Assembly (NCBI GenBank): GCA_017528205.1
Contig: JAFXPE010000032.1
Coordinates: forward strand, 76,375-140,374
Reading direction: 5' to 3'
DNA from: Alphaproteobacteria bacterium
Lineage (GTDB): Bacteria; Pseudomonadota; Alphaproteobacteria; RF32; CAG-239
DNA: 64,000 nt
This document shows, in pieces, positions 10,276 through 18,632 of this stretch. A program made the translations under genes and the position numbers. Each line of letters starts with the position of its first letter. The first letter of the stretch is position 1. The notes beneath the pieces are model-generated. The model made no database searches. It was not told where the DNA came from and was given only the letters and a program-made list of their open reading frames with translations.

Positions 10276-11490
10276 ATGGCAACTCCAGTAAAAACAGATG
10301 TTGATTTTAACCAAAATCAACTCTTAAATCCAGTGGCGCACAATACCGTCACTGCTCCGAACTCGCCAAAAGCAGGCCAATTTGCCTATTTTGACGGCTC
10401 ATTTAAATTTTATAACGGCTCGGCGTGGATTGATACCGGTTTGTGCTTAGCAACAGACGCACAGGTTGCGGCAGGAACGGCCGAAAATGTTGCGGTTAAT
10501 CCAAAACAGTTGGCCACAAAAGCACCGATTGCGTCACCGGCATTTACCGGCACGCCGACAGCTCCGACGGCGGCAGTCGGCACCAATACCACACAGATTG
10601 CAACAACAGCATTTGTGCTTTCAGCAATCGCTGCCGAAGTGCTTAACGCAAAGATTTATAAAGGCGTGTGGAATACCACAGATCAAACGGATTTTTCAGG
10701 CCTTAACAGTTATAGGCCGATTAAAGCCGGTTGGTATTTTGATGTTGACGGCACTGGCTGCACGATTGACGGTATTGAATACAAAAAAGGTGATAGTATT
10801 ACATTTAGGCAGAATGTCGCTGCCGGCACAACAATCACAAGTGAGATGATTGCAAAGACAGATAATACTGAAAGTGATGATCTTGTCCGTCTTAATGTAA
10901 CGCAAACACTGACAAATAAGACAATTAACGGTAATAACAACGCATTATCTAATTTGACAATGAATATGTTTAAGAATGGTGAAATTGTCACCACTCTTGG
11001 CAATGTTGAAAAATTGGTCACAGCCGCAGCCGTTTATGCTGCTTTGGCTGATTATCAAACAAGCCTTACTTTCGGCACCGGTTTGTCGGAAGATAACGGC
11101 ACGGTAACGGTTGATCACCCATTTATTGCATTGGCTGAAAACAGTCTTGTTCGCGGTGGCAGCGGTGGCACTTTAGTTGAATTAACCGCCGGCACAAACG
11201 GTCAAGTCTTAACTATGGACGGCGGCACGCCGACATGGAAAGCGCCGGTTTCTGAAATCAAAAAACGCACTTTCACGAATCCGGCACTTACGCCGTCAAG
11301 TGGCGTTTGCACTTGGAATATTACGCACGATCTTGCAACAAAAGATTATACGGTGCGTATTTATGATGTGAGCACCGGCCAAGATGTGATTATGGATAAG
11401 ACAGCCACAGGTAACACTGCTTTAACAATTCAATTTAACAGCGCAAGCAACGTGGCGGCCGGAACATATAAGGCCGTTATTGTTGGTTAA
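10276..11490 (+). CDS. Tail fibre-like protein
   Basis: APIASPAFTGTPTAPTAAVGTNTTQIATTAFV fibre repeat, TQTLTNKT motif, C-terminal WNITHDLATKD domain; AAGGA RBS. Confidence 0.75.
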   Translation: MATPVKTDVDFNQNQLLNPVAHNTVTAPNSPKAGQFAYFDGSFKFYNGSAWIDTGLCLATDAQVAAGTAENVAVNPKQLATKAPIASPAFTGTPTAPTAAVGTNTTQIATTAFVLSAIAAEVLNAKIYKGVWNTTDQTDFSGLNSYRPIKAGWYFDVDGTGCTIDGIEYKKGDSITFRQNVAAGTTITSEMIAKTDNTESDDLVRLNVTQTLTNKTINGNNNALSNLTMNMFKNGEIVTTLGNVEKLVTAAAVYAALADYQTSLTFGTGLSEDNGTVTVDHPFIALAENSLVRGGSGGTLVELTAGTNGQVLTMDGGTPTWKAPVSEIKKRTFTNPALTPSSGVCTWNITHDLATKDYTVRIYDVSTGQDVIMDKTATGNTALTIQFNSASNVAAGTYKAVIVG

Positions 11491-11501
11491 GGAGGTGTGA
11501 T

Positions 11502-11696
11502 ATGGCCGGAGAAAATGAAAACACGACAATAGAAGTCGAAAAAATTACAACGCCGGTGACGCCGTTGCAGCAAGTCAATAAAATCAATGAGATTATTGAC
11601 GCTTTGGCAGCAATACAAATTTCTGCCGGTGCAGATATTGACGGCGGTATTATCGGGGATAGCCTTGATAATGAGATCGACGGCGGCACATTATAA
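11502..11696 (+). CDS. Small acidic phage protein with two IDGG motifs
   Basis: Strong RBS (AAGGAGGT); lies within the tail module. Confidence 0.6.
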   Translation: MAGENENTTIEVEKITTPVTPLQQVNKINEIIDALAAIQISAGADIDGGIIGDSLDNEIDGGTL

Positions 11697-11714
11697 CAAA
11701 CTTGTTTTAACCAT

Positions 11715-11746
11715 AAAGGGCGGTGGCAACATCGTCCTTTCTTTTT
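11715..11746 (+). terminator. Intrinsic terminator (GCAA tetraloop), similar to 9240-9265
   Basis: AAAGGGCGGTG-GCAA-CATCGTCCTTT then CTTTTT. Confidence 0.7.
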
Positions 11747-11760
11747 AAGGAAAAAGTAAA

Positions 11761-12816
11761 ATGACAGATACTATTGAAAGACGTATAAGAATACGACGCA
11801 ATGATAAGGCAAGCGCACGCAGCAATAATGAGGTTTTGCGTGAGGGTGAGCCGGCCTTTGAAACTGATACCGGTGATTTTAAGATCGGTGACGGCTCAAC
11901 AACTTACCGCAAGCTCTTAGGTATTCGCTCGGAGGCTGAAATTGCCGAACAGATTGCACAAGGTATTTATGAGGGCACTAACTTACAGGAAAAATTTGCT
12001 GATGAAATTGCTGAATACGGCAATGTAGCTGACTGGCTGCATGCTCGTTGCTCAGCCGGAAATTTTAAGGGAATATATCCGGGGGATTATTTCTACGATA
12101 AGACAGTGGCTCAAACTGTTGACGGCACATCTGTTGCTGCTAACCAAAACAGAAAATGTGTGATTGCCGGTATTGATATGTATTATAATGCCGGTGATAC
12201 GGCTATGCCGCACCACCTGACAATTTTTGCCGGTTTTTCGGCGGCAAACGTGGTATTTAATACAACAAATAACAATAACGGCTCAAGCTACAATGCTAAT
12301 CCGTTTAAGGCCTCAAAACTCTATGCGGTATTAAACGGTGTTAATAACAGCACCACAAACAAAATCGGTGCGGTTGGTTTTAACGGCACCGGCGGCTGCT
12401 ATCTTAATACATTTTCAAGCGCACTGCGTAACAGAATGGTTGAACAAAGATGTTTCTTGCCGGAGAGATACAGTGCGAGTGCTGCTTTAACTGATCATAC
12501 CGGTTGGAATTGGCAAGGACGCGGAATGCTCTTTGCACCGTCTGAAATAGAGGCTTATGGCTGCTTAATTCACTCAAACAAGCCAAGTATGACGCAACAA
12601 AATCCGGAGGGTTTTGGTCCATATTGCCACTGGCCGATCTTTAAGACTGCCGGACAGCGTGGCCGTTTGATGAATGGGCGCACTTACTTTTGGCTCTCCT
12701 CTGTTGGCGGTGGAGGCTCGTCTAACGCTTGCATTGTCACCGGCCACGGCAATGCGAACTGCATCAACACGTCGAACACGCTCATACGCGCGCCGCTCTG
12801 CTTTCATATCGCATAG
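11761..12816 (+). CDS. DGR target protein: receptor-binding/tropism-determinant-like, Mtd_N-like N-terminus and C-terminal variable (probably C-type-lectin fold) domain
   Basis: N-terminal IRIRR..NEVLREGEPAFETDTGDFKIGDG motif; 3' end contains the VR matching the TR. Confidence 0.85.
   Translation: MTDTIERRIRIRRNDKASARSNNEVLREGEPAFETDTGDFKIGDGSTTYRKLLGIRSEAEIAEQIAQGIYEGTNLQEKFADEIAEYGNVADWLHARCSAGNFKGIYPGDYFYDKTVAQTVDGTSVAANQNRKCVIAGIDMYYNAGDTAMPHHLTIFAGFSAANVVFNTTNNNNGSSYNANPFKASKLYAVLNGVNNSTTNKIGAVGFNGTGGCYLNTFSSALRNRMVEQRCFLPERYSASAALTDHTGWNWQGRGMLFAPSEIEAYGCLIHSNKPSMTQQNPEGFGPYCHWPIFKTAGQRGRLMNGRTYFWLSSVGGGGSSNACIVTGHGNANCINTSNTLIRAPLCFHIA
12674..12805 (+). repeat. DGR variable repeat (VR) incl. 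GC-rich IMH region
   Basis: 123/132 identical to 13326-13457; all 9 differences lie opposite TR adenines. Confidence 0.97.
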
Positions 12817-12840
12817 CGGAGCGAACGCTTAAAAATAACA

Positions 12841-12865
12841 GCGGCCGGTTGATAAAGCCGGCCGC
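12841..12865 (+). promoter_or_regulatory. DGR target-recognition hairpin/cruciform downstream of VR
   Basis: GCGGCCGG...CCGGCCGC 8-bp GC stem, extendable by TT/AA (with a bulged G) around a GATA (GRNA-type) loop; 24 nt after the target stop codon. Confidence 0.75.
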
Positions 12866-12899
12866 ATTGGTGAAACATTATTTTTCTTGAGGTTATAAA

Positions 12900-13316
12900 A
12901 TGGTTGTCTATGCAAAAGACAGAAAAGAAACAGCTACACAATACATTATTACGGCGCAAAATTTACAGGAAAAGGTTTTGCGTTATATGATGAATGAAAA
13001 GCGCGTGCCTAAAAAATGGCGTTATCTGTTAGCGCATGCAGCTATTAAAAAGGTTTGTGAATTGGTTGATAATGTGATCGCCTCAAATAAAACTTACCCA
13101 AGCAATGAGGATAAGCTCAAGCTGCGCAAGGATTATCTTGATAAGGCGGTGGTTAATTGTTATCAACTGGGTAATCATCTACAGCTTATGATACGTGTGA
13201 TTGATACCGTTGACGCAAACAGCCTTAAGGAAATTTCAAGTTTGCTGCTCGATGAAATTGAACTTTTACGCAAAACGCATAAAAACTCTCATATTGTTGG
13301 GCAGCAAGAGGTTTAA
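12900..13316 (+). CDS. avd: DGR accessory variability determinant (Avd-like four-helix bundle)
   Basis: 138-aa basic helical protein between VR and TR, with PKKWRYLL..I and AN/SN..Y..R patterns typical of Avd. Confidence 0.8.
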   Translation: MVVYAKDRKETATQYIITAQNLQEKVLRYMMNEKRVPKKWRYLLAHAAIKKVCELVDNVIASNKTYPSNEDKLKLRKDYLDKAVVNCYQLGNHLQLMIRVIDTVDANSLKEISSLLLDEIELLRKTHKNSHIVGQQEV

Positions 13317-13325
13317 TGTTGTATC

Positions 13326-13457
13326 ATGGGCGCACTAACTTTTGGCTCTCCTCTGTTAGCGGTGGAGGCTCGTCTAACGCTTGCAATGTCAACGGCAACG
13401 GCAATGCGAACTGCAACAACACGTCGAACACGAACATACGCGCGCCGCTCTGATTTC
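13326..13457 (+). ncRNA. DGR template repeat (TR)
   Basis: Non-coding, A-rich copy of VR with 11 AAY codons in the VR frame; between avd and RT. Confidence 0.95.
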
Positions 13458-13686
13458 GTTTTATGCTTGTCTTAGTAGGCCGATCCGGCTGAAAACAATG
13501 CGATTAAATGAAAGGAATATTAAACCTCGCCGAATTGGCAAATAAGAGTTTTGACGCTGACCTGCGGACGCCTCTGAAAAATTGAAGTTGCATAGTGAGC
13601 TATCGTGACGGAACGCTCATTTTATGCAGGTGCAGTATGTGGTATAAATCCGTCAAGAGCCATGCAAGACTTAAAAGGGGTATTTG

Positions 13687-14796
13687 ATGACACGAAGAAA
13701 AAGAAGATATGAACGCCGCAAAGCAGCGCGTGAGGCCAAGCGCGCTGCTTTTCTGGCTAAGTATGACAATTATGATTTGGTATGTGACCGGAATAATCTT
13801 TTTGCTGCAGCAGATATGGCTAAAAAGCATGTGATGTGGAAAGGCACGGTGCAGCGATGGAGTATTGAGCAGCTTTTGAATACTGAAAAGCTATATCGCG
13901 ACTTAAAGGCCGGCAAAGATGTGCGCAGAGGATTTGCAAAGTTTAAGGTATGTGAACGCGGTAAAACGCGCAATATATCGGCAGTGCGCTTTTATGAGCG
14001 TGTTGTGCAAAAGGCTTTGTGTAAATATGTGTTATATCCGGTATATACAAAATCGGTATTGTTTGATAATGCTGCCAGTCAAAAAGGTAAAGGCACAAAG
14101 TTTGCCGCCGACAGAATGATCCGGCACTTAAGCCGGCATTTTAATCGGTATGGCCAAGCCGGCTATGCGGTGCTTGTGGACTTCAAAGGATATTTTGAGA
14201 ATATCGATCACGATGTAGCCAAAGAGATATATCGGCAAAAGTTTAAGGATAAGCGATTGCTGAAATTGATTGATGACTTTATTGACGCTTATGGTGTTAA
14301 AGGTTTGGGACTTGGATCAGAAACAAGTCAAATGCACGCAATTTACTATCCGAATAAGATCGATCATGCGATAGTTGAAACGCATGGCCATGATAAAGTT
14401 ATGTTTGGCCGGTATATGGACGACAGCTACATTTTGACAAGAGAGAAAAAGACGGCAATCAGAATGCTTGACAAGATCCGTGACTGGTGCAGGCGGCTGC
14501 GGATCACGCTGTCACCAAAGAAAACAATGATTGTCCGTATTAAAGACGGTTTGAAGTGGCTCAAAACAATCTTTTACCTGACGGCCACCGGCAAGATTAT
14601 AAAAAAGCCGGAGCATAAGAGTGTGGTTAGGGAGCGGCGAAAACTAAAGAAACAAATTAACCTTTTGCGCGGCAATGCTTTAGGCAAAGCAGAGCTTACG
14701 CAATCTTTTGAGAGTTGGGCAGGCAGCATGAAACGGCGCAATGCGCGCTTGTCCGTGTGGAATATGCGCCGGTTTTTATGGAGTATAATGTCATGA
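13687..14796 (+). CDS. DGR reverse transcriptase
   Basis: VLVDFKGYFENIDH, GLGLGSETSQ (SQ motif of DGR RTs), RYMDD catalytic motif; no maturase/endonuclease tail. Start is ATG 13687 or TTG 13684, after AAGGGG. Confidence 0.95.
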   Translation: MTRRKRRYERRKAAREAKRAAFLAKYDNYDLVCDRNNLFAAADMAKKHVMWKGTVQRWSIEQLLNTEKLYRDLKAGKDVRRGFAKFKVCERGKTRNISAVRFYERVVQKALCKYVLYPVYTKSVLFDNAASQKGKGTKFAADRMIRHLSRHFNRYGQAGYAVLVDFKGYFENIDHDVAKEIYRQKFKDKRLLKLIDDFIDAYGVKGLGLGSETSQMHAIYYPNKIDHAIVETHGHDKVMFGRYMDDSYILTREKKTAIRMLDKIRDWCRRLRITLSPKKTMIVRIKDGLKWLKTIFYLTATGKIIKKPEHKSVVRERRKLKKQINLLRGNALGKAELTQSFESWAGSMKRRNARLSVWNMRRFLWSIMS

Positions 14797-15023
14797 CTAA
14801 AGATGAGATCTTAAATGAAATCAATATTTGCAACAACATTTTGGAGCAACACGATTATGCTGCGCGCAAAGTAGCGTTTGAGTGTGCTGAAAAATTGAAA
14901 GAGTTGCACCCTGATCTTGAAATGCCGGTGTATGAAAAATACAAAGACATGGAGGCAGAGGCTAAACAGCTACGCTTGCGTATTGATGAATTGAGAGAGC
15001 TGCTTGACAATGCAACAGAATAA
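14793..15023 (+). CDS. Small phage protein (possible tail-fibre assembly factor)
   Basis: ATGA overlap with RT stop; coiled-coil C-terminus. Confidence 0.55.
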   Translation: MTKDEILNEINICNNILEQHDYAARKVAFECAEKLKELHPDLEMPVYEKYKDMEAEAKQLRLRIDELRELLDNATE

Positions 15024-15189
15024 TATTGACGCGGTGGTGCTTGCTTTAGTGCGCGGCGACAATACCGATATTAAAGCAAGCCTTACGCGGCTTTATCAAT
15101 CCGGCGACATAAGCGGTGTGGAGCTTGCTGCTTGTGTTGGCCGGTTAATTGATTTAGCTGATTATAATGAAATCATCGGAAATTTTTGA
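15010..15189 (+). CDS. XkdX-like small phage protein
   Basis: LYQSG..VGRLIDLADYNEIIG C-terminal pattern resembles the XkdX family; lies between tail and lysis genes. Confidence 0.5.
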   Translation: MQQNNIDAVVLALVRGDNTDIKASLTRLYQSGDISGVELAACVGRLIDLADYNEIIGNF

Positions 15190-15197
15190 TTTGCAAA

Positions 15198-15226
15198 TTG
15201 CAATTTTAGAAAATCCGGCGTATTAT
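15198..15226 (+). promoter_or_regulatory. Putative sigma70 promoter for lysis cassette
   Basis: TTGCAA-17 bp-TATTAT upstream of the endolysin. Confidence 0.4.
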
Positions 15227-15285
15227 TATTTTGAAAGAGCTTAATAAAAGTGGGGTTATTGTTCATATTAAAGGAAATATGAGCA

Positions 15286-15723
15286 ATGACTAAGGAAAGA
15301 GATATTGATACACTGGCGCGCACTTTGTATGGTGAGGCCAGAGGAGAGGACAGGCAGGGCAAAATAGCTGTTGCCTGCGTTGTTTTAAATAGGGTAAAAA
15401 AGCGGATTATGGCCGGTTATCGGATTATTGGCGGCGTGAAAGTGCCGACGATTGACGCAACCTGCCTGAAACCGTGGCAATTTTCTTGTTGGAATGACAA
15501 CGATCCGAATAAAAAAATAATTCAAAATGTTGATTTGGCAAACAAACGCTTTGCGGAATGCTATGAAATTGCAACAATGGCCGCTAACGGTGAGCTTGAG
15601 GATATTACAAAGGGCGCAACGCACTATTATAATCCAAAGGCTTGCAATCAGCCAAAGTGGGCAAAAGGCAAAACGCCGTGCGTAGTGCTTGGCCATCACC
15701 TTTTCTTTAACAATATAGACTAA
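15286..15723 (+). CDS. Endolysin, SleB-like cell wall hydrolase (Hydrolase_2)
   Basis: LARTLYGEARGE, AVACVVLNRV, QFSCWN and GATHYYNP motifs. Confidence 0.9.
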   Translation: MTKERDIDTLARTLYGEARGEDRQGKIAVACVVLNRVKKRIMAGYRIIGGVKVPTIDATCLKPWQFSCWNDNDPNKKIIQNVDLANKRFAECYEIATMAANGELEDITKGATHYYNPKACNQPKWAKGKTPCVVLGHHLFFNNID

Positions 15724-15735
15724 GAGGGCGATGGT

Positions 15736-16083
15736 ATGTTGAAAGCAATCAAAGATTTAATTTTAGAGTTCGGATTGATCGGGTTTATTTTCGGCACATT
15801 GTCGGTGGTCTGGTCAAAAGAGCCATTGTCAACGGCTGATAAAATCAAAAAGGTTGTGGCCTCAATTACATTGAGCTTGATTATCGGCAGTATTTGTATG
15901 GGGATCGGCGTCAATGAATACCTGACTTTTGCTATTATTGGCGGCGGCTGCAGTTTTGCACGAGAATTTTTTGACGTTTGCACAAACCTGTTGAAACTTT
16001 TGGCCGACAAGCCGCTGAACACAATTAAGCAACTGGTTGAAATAATCAGAGGGGGGCGTCATGACAAAGGCCAAGATAGTTGA
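15736..16083 (+). CDS. Putative holin
   Basis: 115 aa with 2-3 hydrophobic helices and a charged C-terminus, between endolysin and spanins. Confidence 0.7.
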   Translation: MLKAIKDLILEFGLIGFIFGTLSVVWSKEPLSTADKIKKVVASITLSLIIGSICMGIGVNEYLTFAIIGGGCSFAREFFDVCTNLLKLLADKPLNTIKQLVEIIRGGRHDKGQDS

Positions 16084-16327
16084 TTTAATTTTGAGATGTG
16101 CGCTGATTGCGTTAGCGGTCTGCGCATTTTTCTATTGGAGCAATCACCAAGTTGCAAAACGTGTCAAGGCCGAATGTGAATTGAAAGTGGCGCAGCAGGT
16201 GGTTATTACGACAGAGGCAAAACAAAAGGAGGTTGAAAATGTGGCAAAGGCTAAAGCAGTTATTCATAGCCGTCCTAACGCTAACCGTGACAGCTTGCTC
16301 AACGCAATGCGTAACGGTGAGTTATGA
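16061..16327 (+). CDS. Inner-membrane spanin (Rz-like)
   Basis: N-terminal TM helix plus helical periplasmic region; overlapped by a lipoprotein gene. Confidence 0.7.
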   Translation: MTKAKIVDLILRCALIALAVCAFFYWSNHQVAKRVKAECELKVAQQVVITTEAKQKEVENVAKAKAVIHSRPNANRDSLLNAMRNGEL

Positions 16328-16469
16328 CTTTTGTCCGGTCTATCCGGTGGCCGGTGCAGCGGTGGCAGCCGAATTGGAGAACGCCAGTATTGAGGATTAT
16401 CCGGCGACATGGGAATGGATCGGCCGAATTGATAAGTTAAGGCAGGAGCTTGAAATATGCAAAAAGTAA
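16239..16469 (+). CDS. Outer-membrane spanin (Rz1-like lipoprotein)
   Basis: AAGGAGG RBS, signal peptide with lipobox VTA-C, overlaps the i-spanin in another frame. Confidence 0.75.
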   Translation: MWQRLKQLFIAVLTLTVTACSTQCVTVSYDFCPVYPVAGAAVAAELENASIEDYPATWEWIGRIDKLRQELEICKK

Positions 16470-16663
16470 ATGTGTGGATTTATTGGCCGAACAGAAGGCA
16501 AAAAGTTGATCCTGATTTATGTTATACGCCGCAAGGGCAATCTTTTCATGAGTGGCAGCGTGATCAAGAAGAGGCTTATCAATACAAGGTGGAACAGCTG
16601 AAAAAGAAACTTGAGGCTGCATGTCGGCCACACAAGCATTTTGTGGAGGATTATTGGCGATGA
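16457..16663 (+). CDS. Hypothetical phage protein
   Basis: AGGAG RBS; overlaps both neighbouring ORFs. Confidence 0.55.
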   Translation: MQKVNVWIYWPNRRQKVDPDLCYTPQGQSFHEWQRDQEEAYQYKVEQLKKKLEAACRPHKHFVEDYWR

Positions 16664-17013
16664 CACAATTAAGGATCCCTTTCTCTGATTATCCGCCGAA
16701 AGAGCAGGAACGTGACGCCGCACGCGCAAAACGTCTTAAACTGATCCGGCACGCGTATTTAATGAGAATATCCGGCGAATGGGCGCATTTTATTATCGGG
16801 CAAGGCGGTGAGGATATTGACTATTATGAGGATCTGAAACTGCCGGAAGTCTGCGCCAAGTTAAAGCGTAAATTTCCCGATCATCAGCCGCGTGTCATTA
16901 TGAATGAGGGGCTTGAAAATTATTTGCGTGATCGTCGGCCAGAGATAATGCGTAAAAAACGGTATAAACAATTAACAATCAATTTTAACGGAGGGCAAAA
17001 CAATGAGCGATAA
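16660..17013 (+). CDS. Hypothetical phage protein
   Basis: GGAGG RBS and ATGA overlap at 16660-16663. Confidence 0.55.
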   Translation: MTQLRIPFSDYPPKEQERDAARAKRLKLIRHAYLMRISGEWAHFIIGQGGEDIDYYEDLKLPEVCAKLKRKFPDHQPRVIMNEGLENYLRDRRPEIMRKKRYKQLTINFNGGQNNER

Positions 17014-17203
17014 TGTTGAATTAAAAGACGAAGAACGTCAAAAATGTGAGATTTGGACACGCGTCATGGGGTATCATCGGCCGGTGTCGGAATTTAACAA
17101 AGGTAAAAAAAGCGAATATTACAGCCGCAAATGTTTTTGTGAAAGCAAAGCGATTGCCGGTATGGAGGCTCATGACGCTGCACCTTTACTTGCAGCCGAA
17201 TGA
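17003..17203 (+). CDS. Stand-alone NrdD C-terminal (glycyl-radical) domain protein
   Basis: CEIWTRVMGYHRPVSEFNKGKKSE matches the class III RNR glycyl-radical segment; GGAGG RBS. Confidence 0.75.
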   Translation: MSDNVELKDEERQKCEIWTRVMGYHRPVSEFNKGKKSEYYSRKCFCESKAIAGMEAHDAAPLLAAE

Positions 17204-18420
17204 TTATTTAAGACAGCGGTGGCTGCCGTGAATTTGTTGGGTGCAAGGTGAGCATAACGCATTGTCATTGCAAGAGTTTTATGGCCAAGTAATTCTTTAA
17301 CGGTGTAAAGATCAACGCCGGCCATGACAAGCCAAGACGCAAATGTGTGCCGCAACGTATGGAATACCACGCGCAGCTGCCGGTCTGTTATATTTTGATT
17401 AAACAGCCGGTCGGCAATTTCCTGATATTGGTCTGACAACTCATAAATAGGTGATCCGGTATAACTCTGAAAAATATGTTGTTCTCCGGTGAGCTGCAAC
17501 TCTACGATCCGGCGTTTTAATATTTCAATCATGTCATTTGTGAGCGGCAGGTTGCGGCTCTTATGATTTTTTGTTTTGCGTATTGTGAGAAAACCGGTGC
17601 TAAAATTTACATCAGCCGCGCGCAGGTTAAAAAGTTCTCCCTCACGGCAGCCACAATTTAACGCAATAACTGCGATTTCATACGTTTGATTTGTTTGGTG
17701 GCGTTTATAATATTCATAGCCGAATGTATGTTGTCCGGTAACTTTAATTTTATTTAACTCTTGCAGCAGCAGTGCGGCCTCGTCATGACTTAAAAAACGC
17801 AGCCTTTCATTATCTACCGGCAAAAGGTCAATATTATCCATAGGATTTGTGCTTATCTTACCTCTGGCAATAGCCATATTGAAAAGGTGGCGGATTAACT
17901 TCAAAACATGATTTATTGTTGCAGGCGCATATTTTGACTCTCCAGAGGCTTTTTTTGTTTCAAGCATAGTCTGCTTTATTTTTTCAACTTCATCAATTCT
18001 GACGCAATTTAGCGGCAAATAACCAATATGTTTTTTTATATGGTTATCATAATTTTGCCGTTCGTTAATCACTCCTTTATCAGATTTAACGCCTTTTTGT
18101 GTGACCTCATACTGATTATAAAACTCATCAACAGTCATATTTGCGGATTCGCGCGCGGTGGTGACGGCAGCTTGCTGCTCATACTTCTCTTTGAGCGAAC
18201 GATAGCCGGTGCCTTTTTTAATGTTCTCACGCAAGATCTCAATTTCAGCTGCGGCTTTTGTTTCAGTATAACCGGCACTTTCCCACCCATAACCCTCTTG
18301 CTTTCTTATGCCATTATCGGTATAGCGCAAAATAAAATACCGATCTTTGCGTATGCCGTTTTTGCGTGTATCATGTTCGCGGTAATAAACGCCTTTGTAT
18401 TTCGTTTTGAGTGTTTTCAT
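17170..18420 (-). CDS. int: Prophage tyrosine integrase
   Basis: Catalytic motifs GCREGE (R), KTK (K), HTLRH, LLGH and TMRYAH; N-terminal arm-binding region; adjacent to att site. Confidence 0.95.
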   Translation of the reverse strand: MKTLKTKYKGVYYREHDTRKNGIRKDRYFILRYTDNGIRKQEGYGWESAGYTETKAAAEIEILRENIKKGTGYRSLKEKYEQQAAVTTARESANMTVDEFYNQYEVTQKGVKSDKGVINERQNYDNHIKKHIGYLPLNCVRIDEVEKIKQTMLETKKASGESKYAPATINHVLKLIRHLFNMAIARGKISTNPMDNIDLLPVDNERLRFLSHDEAALLLQELNKIKVTGQHTFGYEYYKRHQTNQTYEIAVIALNCGCREGELFNLRAADVNFSTGFLTIRKTKNHKSRNLPLTNDMIEILKRRIVELQLTGEQHIFQSYTGSPIYELSDQYQEIADRLFNQNITDRQLRVVFHTLRHTFASWLVMAGVDLYTVKELLGHKTLAMTMRYAHLAPNKFTAATAVLNNHSAASKGAAS

Positions 18421-18453
18421 TTTATCACCAATTTGTCACCAATTTTTACTCAA
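18421..18453. repeat. Tandem 11-bp repeats, probable integrase arm-type sites
   Basis: TTTATCACCAA / TTTGTCACCAA / TTTTTACTCAA immediately upstream of the int start codon. Confidence 0.5.
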
Positions 18454-18574
18454 AGTTAATCCGTCTTAATCAATGTTAATATAAACACATAATACTGTGT
18501 AACGCCTTATAAGTCAAGCATTTTGTAAAGTAAATCAAGGTAAATATAAGTTAATCAAAAGACAATAAAAACAC

Positions 18575-18630
18575 ACTTAAAATCTGTTGGGATTTATCCC
18601 GTGCCAGTTCAAGTCTGGCCTAGCGCACCA
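18575..18630 (+). other. attR: displaced 3' half of tRNA-Leu(TAA)
   Basis: Anticodon loop CTTAAAA, long variable arm GGGATTTATCCC, T-arm GCCAGTTCAAGTCTGGC and acceptor end GCGCACCA; no D-arm or 5' acceptor strand upstream. Confidence 0.88.
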
Positions 18631-18632
18631 AT

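Larger units (their letters stand above)
1..18630. mobile_element. Prophage (right arm; left part outside window) integrated at tRNA-Leu(TAA)
   Basis: Co-oriented virion/tail-fibre genes, DGR, endolysin-holin-spanin cassette and tyrosine integrase, ending at a tRNA 3'-half (attR) followed by host genes. Confidence 0.93.

Noticed and set aside
9282-11490. Second DGR target (additional VR) in the other tail genes
   Set aside because: No TR-like sequence seen by eye at their 3' ends or elsewhere in the window; remote targets outside the window cannot be excluded.
14715-14792. Longer N-terminus for the ORF after RT
   Set aside because: It overlaps the RT coding region; the ATGA-coupled start at 14793 is more plausible.
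13687-14796. Group II intron or retron RT
   Set aside because: No maturase/endonuclease domain or intron ends; the SQ motif, adjacent avd and A-specific TR/VR pair identify a DGR.
18560-18630. Functional tRNA-Leu gene
   Set aside because: Only the anticodon loop to CCA is present; no D-arm or 5' acceptor strand, so it is treated as attR.
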